Counted from the stretch's first letter, positions 48,635 to 57,734 are shown. The stretch is DNA of 64,000 nt from Thermoplasmatota archaeon (GCA_035540375.1 DATLGO010000101.1:14324-78323); one strand, 5' to 3'. Notes: generated by a model not told the origin, from the sequence alone. Program-made: numbers and translations.

Positions 48635-49021
48635 TCACGTTGCAGCGAGCATGACGGACGCGAGTGGCCTTCCCTGGCCCCGATATGCGCTCCGGCGTTC
48701 CTCGGCGAGAGGGTAGCTCGTAATAACCGTCACGAGCTCTCGATCGATCGCAACGACGAAGACGCCGTCCTGCCCAGCGACGTCCACGACCGCGTGCCAC
48801 GCGCCGGCTGGCGCAGGAAAGTAGCGAGCGTGGAGCAGCTTCTGGCGAATCTGCCCTTCGGTCAACCCCGCCCCTTGCCAGCGGGTTGCAGCACGGAATC
48901 GCGCGTGCATCGTCAGGACTACTGCCAGGCTCGCAAAGATTTCGACACTCCAATGGATCGAGGCGAGGTCCCCGAGTGTGGCGACACTCGCGTTGCGGGG
49001 TTCTCGGCGCATACGACTCAC
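48635..49021 (-). CDS. Small DUF4258/BECR-fold-like protein (possible RNase)
   Basis: LTMHARFRAATR..., I...L, beta strands VFVVAID and terminal VITSYP. Confidence 0.55.
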   Translation of the reverse strand: MSRMRREPRNASVATLGDLASIHWSVEIFASLAVVLTMHARFRAATRWQGAGLTEGQIRQKLLHARYFPAPAGAWHAVVDVAGQDGVFVVAIDRELVTVITSYPLAEERRSAYRGQGRPLASVMLAAT

Positions 49022-50197
49022 CTAAGCGGTACGCCTGCGGTGGCGCGCGACCGCGATGATCGACACCGCAGCGAGCGTGAGGACCAGCACGACGATCAGG
49101 TTGCGCGCGAAGTGCTCGGGAGACATTGCCGTGTCCCCCCAGCACCAACCCCCCGAGCACGGCTGCGTGTTGGAGAGCGTCAAGGCGTTGGTCACGGGCT
49201 CAGTTGTCACAGTCTCGTTTGTGACGGGCGCCCGCCCGTTCGTTCGCTCGCCGGTGAAGAACGGCAGCAATCCAGAGACGTCTTCACCCTCGATGCGGTC
49301 GTACTTGTCGCCGCTGTGATCTTGGAGATCTTGCGTGTACTGGCCCGTCAGCACCTCGGCCTGAACAGTGACGGTCTCTGTGTGCTGCTCGACGCGGTGC
49401 TTGCTCGCCGCGGCCTGGATGATCGGCGGCGTACCGCGCGTGTATCCGCCGTTCGGGCTGCTGCCGGTTGCAAAATCGAGCTCACTCCACTGGTACGCGT
49501 AATTCGAGCCGTTCGGCATGGCGAGCCGGCCTCGCCACACGATCTGCGGAGGGAGGTGATCAAGCTCCAGGACGGCGTAGGCGACGCCCGGCGCGTCCGA
49601 CTGGATGGGGGCGGAGGTCGAGTTCAGCAGCGCACCCTTCGCAGCTTGGGTCCCGCTCCAAGCCTGCAACTCCACGGTCGCTCCTGAAAGGTTCACGCCG
49701 GGGGCCGGCGAAAACAGCAGAGTCAGGGTGTCCGAGCTCCACCCGCGGTTGAAGAGCATCAAGTCTTGGCCGCTCGGGCGGATCGGACTCGCGGTAGGCC
49801 ACGACAGAGAGATGGTGCGCCAAATGAGCCGCCCATCCTGCATGGGTTCAGGGGCGCCAGATATGCTCAGCGCGGGCGCTCCGCGAACGCTGATGATCGC
49901 GGTCAGAACGCCGGCCGCCAGCCCACCAGCATCATCCGGAAGGGTTCCGGTCGCCGTGATCCCTTGCAGCGAGGCGGAGCCCTTGTCCGAGGTAACGCTC
50001 TGCGTGACGCTTCCGACGGAAGCGCCGTTGCGCTCCAAGGTAAGCGTGATGGGCGTAGCAGAGTCGTTCGAGAGGACGACGAGATCCTTCAACGTGACGC
50101 TGAGGTAGACCGGTGCGGCTGTGGTGGTTTGCGCTTGTGCGGGCATGCTCGCAGCGAGCATGAGCAGGATCGAAAGAGTGGGGATGTAGCTCTTCAT
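49022..50197 (-). CDS. Secreted/surface protein with signal peptide and C-terminal TM anchor
   Basis: MKSYIPTLSILLMLAASMPAQA, GGAGG SD, ATGA overlap with the upstream gene; beta-rich body; TM followed by RHRRR. Confidence 0.75.
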   Translation of the reverse strand: MKSYIPTLSILLMLAASMPAQAQTTTAAPVYLSVTLKDLVVLSNDSATPITLTLERNGASVGSVTQSVTSDKGSASLQGITATGTLPDDAGGLAAGVLTAIISVRGAPALSISGAPEPMQDGRLIWRTISLSWPTASPIRPSGQDLMLFNRGWSSDTLTLLFSPAPGVNLSGATVELQAWSGTQAAKGALLNSTSAPIQSDAPGVAYAVLELDHLPPQIVWRGRLAMPNGSNYAYQWSELDFATGSSPNGGYTRGTPPIIQAAASKHRVEQHTETVTVQAEVLTGQYTQDLQDHSGDKYDRIEGEDVSGLLPFFTGERTNGRAPVTNETVTTEPVTNALTLSNTQPCSGGWCWGDTAMSPEHFARNLIVVLVLTLAAVSIIAVARHRRRTA

Positions 50198-50955
50198 GCG
50201 TTTGCCTCCGTGTGCTTGTTGATGTCTTCTGTTAGGCGGCGCTGCCACGTGCGGAACTCCTTCCGGCGGGCGACGCCTTCGTACGTGTCGACGAAGAGGT
50301 GGAGCGGAAATTCCAGGAGCGGAACGATGGACGGGCCGGCGTCGGACGGCTTCGACTCGTCGACGTGGCACCAGGTGACCCACCTGTCCGGCTTGTAGAG
50401 CGAGACGATCGAGCGCACGTGCTCGTTGAACATCCGCTCTCCCTCGCCGGGGCCAGTGACGCCCGCAAATGCCATCACATGCCCCGCGAGGCTCTGTACC
50501 GGCAGGTATCCCCCGACCGTATTTTTCAGGCCGAGCTCTTGGATCTCCTCCTGCGCAAGCATGACGTCCGAGATCGTGCGCTCGTGGAAGGCGATGAAGA
50601 GCGGCGTGTTAAGGCCGAGGTAGCTCGGCGTCTCAGCGGCGCCCTTGCTTCCATCTGCGTTCGAGTCCGCCATCGCCGCGTAGAGCACCTCAAGGATCGG
50701 TCCTTCGACCGCGTCCAACTGCTCCGGAAGCCAAGTGGGGTTCGCGACGATCTGGATGATCGCGCGAGGGTGCTGCGAGAGAAGGCTGGACAGGCAATCC
50801 TGCGTCGTCTGCTGTCTCGTGACGATTGCCCCATCGCCCTTGGAAGGGATTGGGGTGTTGGCCTTGGTCCCGGGCGGCAGGCCTTGAGGCTTCGGCGCGG
50901 TGCGGAGCCGAGCAACGGCTTCGAAGTCATTTGCCTTCGACGTGGAACGGCTCAC
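50194..50955 (-). CDS. Hypothetical alpha/beta protein (possible degenerate FtsZ/tubulin-fold domain)
   Basis: Coupled by 4-nt overlaps at both ends; weak pattern similarity only. Confidence 0.65.
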   Translation of the reverse strand: MSRSTSKANDFEAVARLRTAPKPQGLPPGTKANTPIPSKGDGAIVTRQQTTQDCLSSLLSQHPRAIIQIVANPTWLPEQLDAVEGPILEVLYAAMADSNADGSKGAAETPSYLGLNTPLFIAFHERTISDVMLAQEEIQELGLKNTVGGYLPVQSLAGHVMAFAGVTGPGEGERMFNEHVRSIVSLYKPDRWVTWCHVDESKPSDAGPSIVPLLEFPLHLFVDTYEGVARRKEFRTWQRRLTEDINKHTEANA

Positions 50956-51752
50956 GGGACCACCGCCACGAGAGGAGCAGGGTCCGAGCTCTCGCCGCGG
51001 TCATCGCGGGCAGCAGCCAGGCGGTCGCGGGCCTCCTGGTAGAGGAACTGGCTATTCAGCGCCTCGACGAGCTGAGTAGGCGCGCGGCCGTTGACGATGC
51101 CGAAGACCTGCTTGTTCGTGAACGCGGAGTGAAGCTGATTCACGACGTTCGCGTTCGTGAGGCCGTCGATGCTCGCATGGATGACGACGCGCTGAGTGGC
51201 GTCCGCGAACTTGACGATCGGTTCGTGATAATCGCGGGCAGCTCCTTCATGGAGATTGCGCGTCGGTCCGGGCTTCTCACCAGGACGGACTCCCCAGAGC
51301 TCCAGTCGGAGAGGGCTCCACCAGCGGCGAACGCGGATCGCGCGGTTTCCAGGGGCACCGTTGACGGGGAGGACGCCCGCAAGTTGGACTTTCCCGCGGA
51401 GCTTCTTGCCCATCCCCTGCAGATGCCGTTCGAGCCATTGAAGATGGTTCCCTCCGTCGACTATGGTCAACCCGCGCGAAGCGGGCTGGCCGGTGAGGTA
51501 GCGGTCGTAGATGATCCAGATGGTGATCCCCAGAAGCGCAGCCGACCCCCACTCCGCTGCAAGCGTAACCCAGGTCTGGCCGCTCGGGCCGAGCCCCTCG
51601 TAGACGCTGACAAAGGGGGCTGTTAGCTTCTCGAAGTTCTCAGCGACCCAATAGGTGGTGGGCGCGACGATCGCCACCAACAGGACTGCCAGCGCGATGA
51701 TGCGGGCGCGACCCTTCGGGCGGCTCCACGACGTCTTCACATTGTGCAACAT
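50952..51752 (-). CDS. 2-TM membrane protein with soluble alpha/beta domain (possible degenerate FtsZ/tubulin-fold)
   Basis: GAGG SD before ATG, two hydrophobic helices, first gene of the divergent operon. Confidence 0.7.
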   Translation of the reverse strand: MLHNVKTSWSRPKGRARIIALAVLLVAIVAPTTYWVAENFEKLTAPFVSVYEGLGPSGQTWVTLAAEWGSAALLGITIWIIYDRYLTGQPASRGLTIVDGGNHLQWLERHLQGMGKKLRGKVQLAGVLPVNGAPGNRAIRVRRWWSPLRLELWGVRPGEKPGPTRNLHEGAARDYHEPIVKFADATQRVVIHASIDGLTNANVVNQLHSAFTNKQVFGIVNGRAPTQLVEALNSQFLYQEARDRLAAARDDRGESSDPAPLVAVVP

Positions 51753-51988
51753 GGTATTTCCTCAGCAGCCTCATGTCGTCATGTGCTGCTGGTCGGGAGA
51801 TTGCCTTCGAGAGCATCTTCTGCTTGGCCCTGAGTCACCTATTCTAAAAAGAGCAACGTCCGCCTTGAGTAGGTGCCTACCCTGATCGTACGCCACTCTC
51901 CAGTCGGTAGGCTTGTTCCTATTGAGAATCACTGTTACGAGAATTGTTTTATCCTTCAAACGCCGCTCATCGGTTCGGGAGACAGTAA
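51753..51988. promoter_or_regulatory. AT-richer divergent promoter region of the island
   Basis: Intergenic gap between divergent operons, with ATTCTAAAAA and TTTTAT tracts. Confidence 0.45.
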
Positions 51989-52777
51989 GTGGCAGACGAA
52001 CCGGTTCAGGGAGAGGACCGCGGACTCGCGCGGCGTATGCACCGCGACTTTCCCTTCGTCGCTCCAGAAGCCGCACGTGAGCTTGCCATTCGACTCCGTA
52101 AGTCCTCAGTCCCTCGTCCGGACGAAGACCGGCGTCTCGCTCTCGTCCAATTGCTCGGGGATCCGTACCGGGCAAGGCTCATGTCCTTCCTACTGGGCAA
52201 GGCGGAACTCCCGGGCCTGCAGAAGCTTGAGGTCGCCACCACAACCGTTTGGGCGGCCGACATCGCCTCGCTTAGCGCAGGTGTTTTCGGAAGAATCCCG
52301 AACGAGGCTGACCTGCACAAGAGCCTCGTCCAAGTCCTCACATCCTCTCAAATGAAGCACGTTGTCTCGAAAGCGATCGTCCGCGCGCGCGTTCGCATCG
52401 ACGGGGTCGGGGACCCCGAGAACGAAAAGGACGAGCGGAAGAAGCAGCTTCTGAAGGACAAGCTCCGACAAATTAAGGAAACCGCCGACGAGCGAGCCAA
52501 TGAGCGAGTCCCAAAGTTTGCTGCTAAACCGGAGTACGTGAACGCGGTACTGCGCCGAGTCCCGCGGGAAATCGAAGGCGCGTGTTACAAGCAGCTTTGG
52601 GAGCTAAAGCGGGCCGGACTGGTTGACGAGCGATCGAGCCGCTCCGGCGACAGCCTCTGGTACGTCCGACCAGAAGCCGTCGCTGAGCTCGAGGCATTCT
52701 ATACCGCACTCGCGAACCTATCAGGCACCGTACAGCCGGCGCTGTCCACCCGACGAAACTGGAGGAAAGAGCCATGA
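51989..52777 (+). CDS. ArsR-like winged-helix protein with a large internal insertion
   Basis: LLGDPYRARLMSFL near the N-terminus and YKQLWELKRAGLV..R..GDSLWY.V.PEAV.EL near the C-terminus. Confidence 0.65.
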   Translation: MADEPVQGEDRGLARRMHRDFPFVAPEAARELAIRLRKSSVPRPDEDRRLALVQLLGDPYRARLMSFLLGKAELPGLQKLEVATTTVWAADIASLSAGVFGRIPNEADLHKSLVQVLTSSQMKHVVSKAIVRARVRIDGVGDPENEKDERKKQLLKDKLRQIKETADERANERVPKFAAKPEYVNAVLRRVPREIEGACYKQLWELKRAGLVDERSSRSGDSLWYVRPEAVAELEAFYTALANLSGTVQPALSTRRNWRKEP

Positions 52778-54807
52778 CCGAAGACTTGTTCGCAGCACGC
52801 TGCGCCAAGCTACGCGATCTGACCGAGCAGCTTCGGCGGCTCGTTTCGACTATAGAGGCACTTCGTCCAAACGGCCTCCCAGCCGACTCCGAGGACTTCG
52901 CCCTCACCGGGACCCTTCGAGAGGCCACGCATGAAAACGAGCACTTCCTCCAAGTCAATGATCCGCTTACCCAAGACGCGAAAATGAGTCGGCTTCCGTG
53001 GGCAAAAACACGTCGCGAGCGAGAACTCGCCGAGAATATCGCGGCCACGAACGCAGCGATCATCAAGAGTGAGAAACTAATCGCCGCCGCCCAAAAGGGA
53101 ATTCGCAGACATCTGGAAAGGACTGAAGCCAGGATTGCCAACGCCGCCCGGACCCTCGAGCGGTCCGAGCAAGTCGTACCTGGCTCGCGCTGTGTCCCGC
53201 AACTAAAGGAAACGCTCGAGGCCGCCGCGAACGCTGCACGCCGCGTTCGCGAGGGACACGGAGACGTGGGGGAGTTGGCGCACCTCACAAGCCGAGTCAC
53301 CGAAGGAGTTTCCGGCCTCGATGCCGCCCTCACACTAATCGAGCTCACTCGCTCCGACGCAGCGAAGACCCCCGACCCTCTCGGTGCTGGTCAACGCTTC
53401 CTCGACACGCGGCTCGCGCGTCTACAAGCAGATTCCACGCCGGACGAGCTCCGTGCGAGCGCGACTTCACTCGAAGCCAGTTGGCGAACGGTGAAGGCCG
53501 ATTTCCTGCCGATTCTCACCCGATCCGACGCGGCGGCAGCTCACGCGATCACTGCGGTCGAGTCGCTACCAGGATCGCTCACCGACAACCTGCGCGAGAC
53601 TGCCCTCGCGCTCGCGAGGGAAGTAAAGGCGTTCGACCTCCAGAGTTTCAAACTGAAGAGCGCCCTCGCGACCGCGGAGTGGCTCGACGAAGCCGCGCGG
53701 CAAGCCCCACGCATCAGCGTCATTGCGAACGTCCCAGGCATCGAAGCGTCTCCGGAGTGGCGTACCCTGACGCGCGTCCTCGCCTCTCGCCACCCGCCAG
53801 CCGAAATTGAAGACGCCGTCCGCAAAGCCGAGGACCGGGCAGCGACCATCCAACGGAACTCTGCCGCGGAGCTGCAATTCAAAACAATCCTTGTTAGAGA
53901 ATCCGTGCCGAACGAGTTGGCGAAGGCGGTCGAATCGACAATCGTGCGTCTTTGGGCCCAATTTCCGGAAGCGACGAAAAGCGATGATGCCCAGTTGATT
54001 GAACCGATTTTCAGGGAGATTATTTCGAGCGCTCGCGAGGGCAAGGCATTCCTCATCGAACACGGGGTCGGCCAGTATGCGCCGAACCTGTTCGAAAGCA
54101 TGAACACCTTGCTTGAGCGCCTTCCACACGTTCGGGTGGGAGAAGCGCGGTCCATCTTGAACCGCATGAAGGAGCGAGTTCAACCTCTGCTTGAACTGGA
54201 TCTCGCCAAACGAAAGTTCGCGGCGATTGAGCGCGGCGTGAATAATGACATCTTCATCCAGATCGAAAATGGCATCCTGTCAGGTATCGACATCCAGGAT
54301 ATCCGAGTTGCAACAGAAGCTCTGGTTAAGCTCGCTGACCGATTCGCCAAAGCGCCGCCAGAAATGCTCGCCGAAGAGGAAGGTCGACGGGGCCTCGTCC
54401 GCGCCAACCTCAGCCCCACCCAGCGGAAGAACAGATACCTTTCCGCTCTGATCGAGAACACGCTTCCTGTATTAGCGCGTGACCCGGAACAACCTAAGCG
54501 GAACCGCGACTCGGACCGCGACCGGTTTATAGAGAAAACCTTCCCGATCTACTTCGATCGGGAGGTTCTCGCGGCATGTGTCGGCGCTCGCGGCCCGGCG
54601 GAGTTCGACGCTACCCTCATTCGCGCTCATTCCATCGGCTACGAGCAGTTTAGAGATCGGTTCTACTTCCACCGTGGCCGCGCACGAGCACAGTTCGCAA
54701 AGAACGGGCCTGACTCCGACGCGATCAAGAACCGGCTACGTAAGGAGTTTAGCATCCTCGACTACGAAGCCCTCCAAGAGTGGATCAACGAAGGTGAACC
54801 CAAGTGA
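52774..54807 (+). CDS. Large helical/coiled-coil hypothetical protein
   Basis: GGAGG SD, ATGA and GTGA overlaps with neighbours; Ala/Glu/Leu/Arg-rich heptad-like helices; no enzyme motif seen. Confidence 0.75.
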   Translation: MTEDLFAARCAKLRDLTEQLRRLVSTIEALRPNGLPADSEDFALTGTLREATHENEHFLQVNDPLTQDAKMSRLPWAKTRRERELAENIAATNAAIIKSEKLIAAAQKGIRRHLERTEARIANAARTLERSEQVVPGSRCVPQLKETLEAAANAARRVREGHGDVGELAHLTSRVTEGVSGLDAALTLIELTRSDAAKTPDPLGAGQRFLDTRLARLQADSTPDELRASATSLEASWRTVKADFLPILTRSDAAAAHAITAVESLPGSLTDNLRETALALAREVKAFDLQSFKLKSALATAEWLDEAARQAPRISVIANVPGIEASPEWRTLTRVLASRHPPAEIEDAVRKAEDRAATIQRNSAAELQFKTILVRESVPNELAKAVESTIVRLWAQFPEATKSDDAQLIEPIFREIISSAREGKAFLIEHGVGQYAPNLFESMNTLLERLPHVRVGEARSILNRMKERVQPLLELDLAKRKFAAIERGVNNDIFIQIENGILSGIDIQDIRVATEALVKLADRFAKAPPEMLAEEEGRRGLVRANLSPTQRKNRYLSALIENTLPVLARDPEQPKRNRDSDRDRFIEKTFPIYFDREVLAACVGARGPAEFDATLIRAHSIGYEQFRDRFYFHRGRARAQFAKNGPDSDAIKNRLRKEFSILDYEALQEWINEGEPK

Positions 54808-56222
54808 CGCATAACGCCGTCATCATGATCGGCCACGGCGGCATTGGCCCAGGCCTTGAGTTCCTCAAGATCATCGACGAGGAACGCAAGCTCGCTGAGA
54901 AGACCGAAACCCAGTTCGTTGACACTTTCTTCCACGAGCTCGATTCGAAAGAAGCTACAAACGAAGGCATTGCCGAACTGGGCGGGACCGTGGTCCCCCG
55001 AGCGGTCGTATTCGATGCTTCCCACCAGACGCGCGTCAAACTGAAGAAGCAAATCAGGGATCAACAGATTCCCTACGTCCGCATCAGAGACCTCGGCCTG
55101 TTGACTCGAGGTTCCGAAAACCAGTGGTGGCTGGGATATCGCATTGCCGCCTTGCAGTTCGGCCCCTGGCTCGAGAACGCCCTCGGAAGTGGGCCGTCGG
55201 GTTGGGAGAACGTTCAGAACTTCCACATCTTCCACAGCACTGGCGGAGGAACTGGCTCTGGCGCATCCTCGTACGTTGCCGAGAAGATCCGTGAACTCCG
55301 GCCAGAGTCTAGAATTCTGTGCTACTCAGTCCTACCATCAGCATACGACGACGTGCACGGGGCCCCCCCACTCGCGCATTACAATACGATTCTGTCCCTC
55401 TCAACCCTGACAGGGCGCCAGCGACCCGAGTTCCTGCCCGACTTTCTCAGGACCGCAACAACCAGCAAAAAGGCAGCAGACCAGGTCGAACTGCCAAAGG
55501 TCGGGAAGCGGCGGCCGGCTGATCTCATCTTCGTGTTCCAAAACGAGGCCTTGGCAGGCGTGAACTCGTTGGTCACCCGCAAAGTCTCCGACAACCTGGG
55601 CGAGCTCAATACGATGATTGGCCGCTACGCATCGCATGTGACCTCGTGTGCGAGGTTTCCCGGCCCGCCGGGTTTCGATGATGAACGCGATATTGGAGAC
55701 ATTGTGACGTGCCTCCTTCGAAAGCCCCAACCATTCGTCATGGCAGCCGCGGCACCCATCGTCCCCGAGTATGAGAAAACCGACGACTCGTCGGTAACGG
55801 AACTCGTTGAGTATGCGCTGAGTTCCATCTATAGCCTGTCCGGGCGTGCTCTATCCCCCGGGGAAGTCGACAGTCTGTACGTCGGCGCCCGAGGCGATGT
55901 GACCCGTGACGAGATGGGAGTTGTTGTTGCAGACGCGCGCTCGCATTTAGGGGTCGGGAAGGAAGTGAAGGTCCCTTTTAACGGCTGCGTGCAACCTTCA
56001 CCCGGCGCCACGCGCGAACTCTGGCTCGCCGCGAATTGTCGGAGCATTGGTCACCTTCTCGGCGAGCTCACCGAGGAAGCCCAGAAGGAGTATGTTGCCG
56101 GCGACCACTCCGATCTCGTCACCGTCGCTATGGAATGGAAGGAACTTGATAGCGTCCTCACTACGTTCCAGGGATTCGCAACCTCTATCCAAAGGGGGGA
56201 ATTGGGACGCCGGCGCAGCTAA
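54804..56222 (+). CDS. Tubulin-family protein (eukaryote-type tubulin fold, not FtsZ/CetZ)
   Basis: VPRAVVFD, NQWWLGY, FHIFHSTGGGTGSG, KIRELRP...YSVLPS, YNTILSL, FQNEAL, LN..I....VTSCARFPG, ARGDV, ANCRSI, plus H11/H12-like helices; GGTGA SD. Confidence 0.9.
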   Translation: MTHNAVIMIGHGGIGPGLEFLKIIDEERKLAEKTETQFVDTFFHELDSKEATNEGIAELGGTVVPRAVVFDASHQTRVKLKKQIRDQQIPYVRIRDLGLLTRGSENQWWLGYRIAALQFGPWLENALGSGPSGWENVQNFHIFHSTGGGTGSGASSYVAEKIRELRPESRILCYSVLPSAYDDVHGAPPLAHYNTILSLSTLTGRQRPEFLPDFLRTATTSKKAADQVELPKVGKRRPADLIFVFQNEALAGVNSLVTRKVSDNLGELNTMIGRYASHVTSCARFPGPPGFDDERDIGDIVTCLLRKPQPFVMAAAAPIVPEYEKTDDSSVTELVEYALSSIYSLSGRALSPGEVDSLYVGARGDVTRDEMGVVVADARSHLGVGKEVKVPFNGCVQPSPGATRELWLAANCRSIGHLLGELTEEAQKEYVAGDHSDLVTVAMEWKELDSVLTTFQGFATSIQRGELGRRRS

Positions 56223-56287
56223 ACGATGATGCGGAGCGGACACTCGACGCTATTAGGCTCGAACGAATCCTAATCGGCGCACTCGCT

Positions 56288-57721
56288 TTGCCGACCCCCT
56301 ATACGTCAATTGGGGACATCGCCACGATCCAATGGGATTTCCTCCTATCTCAATCTCCGAAAGCGATCTCTGCCTCCCGATTGGTAACCCTTAGAAGACG
56401 CGCGAAGTGGAAAATGCGACAGCCTTTCGCGCGGAGGAAGAGGCGCGTGCAACGAGCTCTCGAGTTCTTCACGCCCGCCGTTCGGAATGAGTTTGTGAAA
56501 CAGGGCATAGAAATCGCCGCCCGCATCCTCGGCGCCGAACCGACGTCGCTGCCCCCGGATCTGGAGTTTCGAACCTCAAGTACAATTCGGGAGGAGATCG
56601 CTGCATATCGTAAGGGCTCCCCTAAGCGATGGGCCTCGATCGCCGCACTACGACTCGTCAGCATCGGCGCCAAGGTCCAAATGGAGCGCAGTCGCCCAAG
56701 AGCCGGCGCGAGCTCCAGCAGTGCACAAGTTGAAGGAGAGCTCGTTCGGGCGCAGAAGGCGCACGCAGTTGTAACAAGCGAACTCGCGCGCGTACAGAAC
56801 CTGTATGCAAGCCTCCGTACACAGCACGACGCATTGTGCAGGGTGACTGCGGATGCGCTTCGAGCCCTTGCTCCGGGCGGTCCATGGCAAGACCCGAACG
56901 ACCTCCCAGACGCCGCGCGCCAAGTGCGCAGCGATCTCGAAACGACGACAAGCGAGTTGCAAAGCACGCGAATCCGCCTTTCGGAAACGGATCTGAAGCG
57001 CCAACGTCTCGAGGAAGACCTCCGTCGTAAGGAGGATGCGGCGCGCGCTGCGGCACGTGCACTCGCGGAAGTCAACATCCGCGTTCCGAATGCCGAACAA
57101 GGTATCGAGGCGATTAACGCAGAATTGATGCGCGTGGCATCGGAGGCGCGACAGGCTCGCGGGTGGGCGCCAACGGATCTCGCTGCGTCTATCCGTCCGT
57201 TCATCGCCTTTCACGCCTCCGCCACCAACGCGGACCTTCAGCTCTTACGCTCGGATCTTTCGTTATGGCTCGATCGCGACGTTCAACATGGCCGGCGCCA
57301 GTATGCCTTGTTCGCTCCATTCGCACGCGTTCTCCTACTCTTGCTGGATGAAGCAATGAAGAGTAACGACGCCGCATTAATTGAGACCGTCCGGGCGACC
57401 GCGGCACAGTTCGCGAACATCGAGGCCGATAGCACGCAATTTCTGGGCGGCCGCCCCCCCGAGGAATGGGGATTTACCACTGATGCTATTGCCGTCGCAG
57501 CATTGGGCAGGCCGGGCAGCGTGAAAGAAGTGGAACGTGCGTGCACGGAACTGCGAATGGCGGGAATTTCAGACTTCTTTGACGCGTGGCTTGCGGAGAT
57601 CGAGAAGGTCGAAATGACCAGCGCGGCTGGGCAACGCACTGCTGGCGCCCTTGCACGCGTCGAGCTCGCGCTCCTCGCGCTTCCAAGCGTCCAGAAATAC
57701 GCCCGACGAGGGCTAGGGTAA
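56288..57721 (+). CDS. Coiled-coil hypothetical protein
   Basis: Long central heptad stretches (ELVRAQKAH...LRTQHDAL; DLETTTSELQ...INAELMRV) and a helical C-terminus. The start is uncertain. Confidence 0.7.
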   Translation: MPTPYTSIGDIATIQWDFLLSQSPKAISASRLVTLRRRAKWKMRQPFARRKRRVQRALEFFTPAVRNEFVKQGIEIAARILGAEPTSLPPDLEFRTSSTIREEIAAYRKGSPKRWASIAALRLVSIGAKVQMERSRPRAGASSSSAQVEGELVRAQKAHAVVTSELARVQNLYASLRTQHDALCRVTADALRALAPGGPWQDPNDLPDAARQVRSDLETTTSELQSTRIRLSETDLKRQRLEEDLRRKEDAARAAARALAEVNIRVPNAEQGIEAINAELMRVASEARQARGWAPTDLAASIRPFIAFHASATNADLQLLRSDLSLWLDRDVQHGRRQYALFAPFARVLLLLLDEAMKSNDAALIETVRATAAQFANIEADSTQFLGGRPPEEWGFTTDAIAVAALGRPGSVKEVERACTELRMAGISDFFDAWLAEIEKVEMTSAAGQRTAGALARVELALLALPSVQKYARRGLG

Positions 57722-57734
57722 GGAGGGAACGGAC

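Noticed and set aside
54804..56222. Calling this gene ftsZ, cetZ or tubZ
   Set aside because: It has tubulin-specific PRAV, YN..LS, NEAL, RFPG and H11-H12-like features and lacks FtsZ GGGG.N, NTD and PF..EG motifs.
52774..57721. Coiled-coil proteins as SMC/Rad50 or dynamin-like ATPases/GTPases
   Set aside because: No Walker A/B or signature motifs found in either protein.
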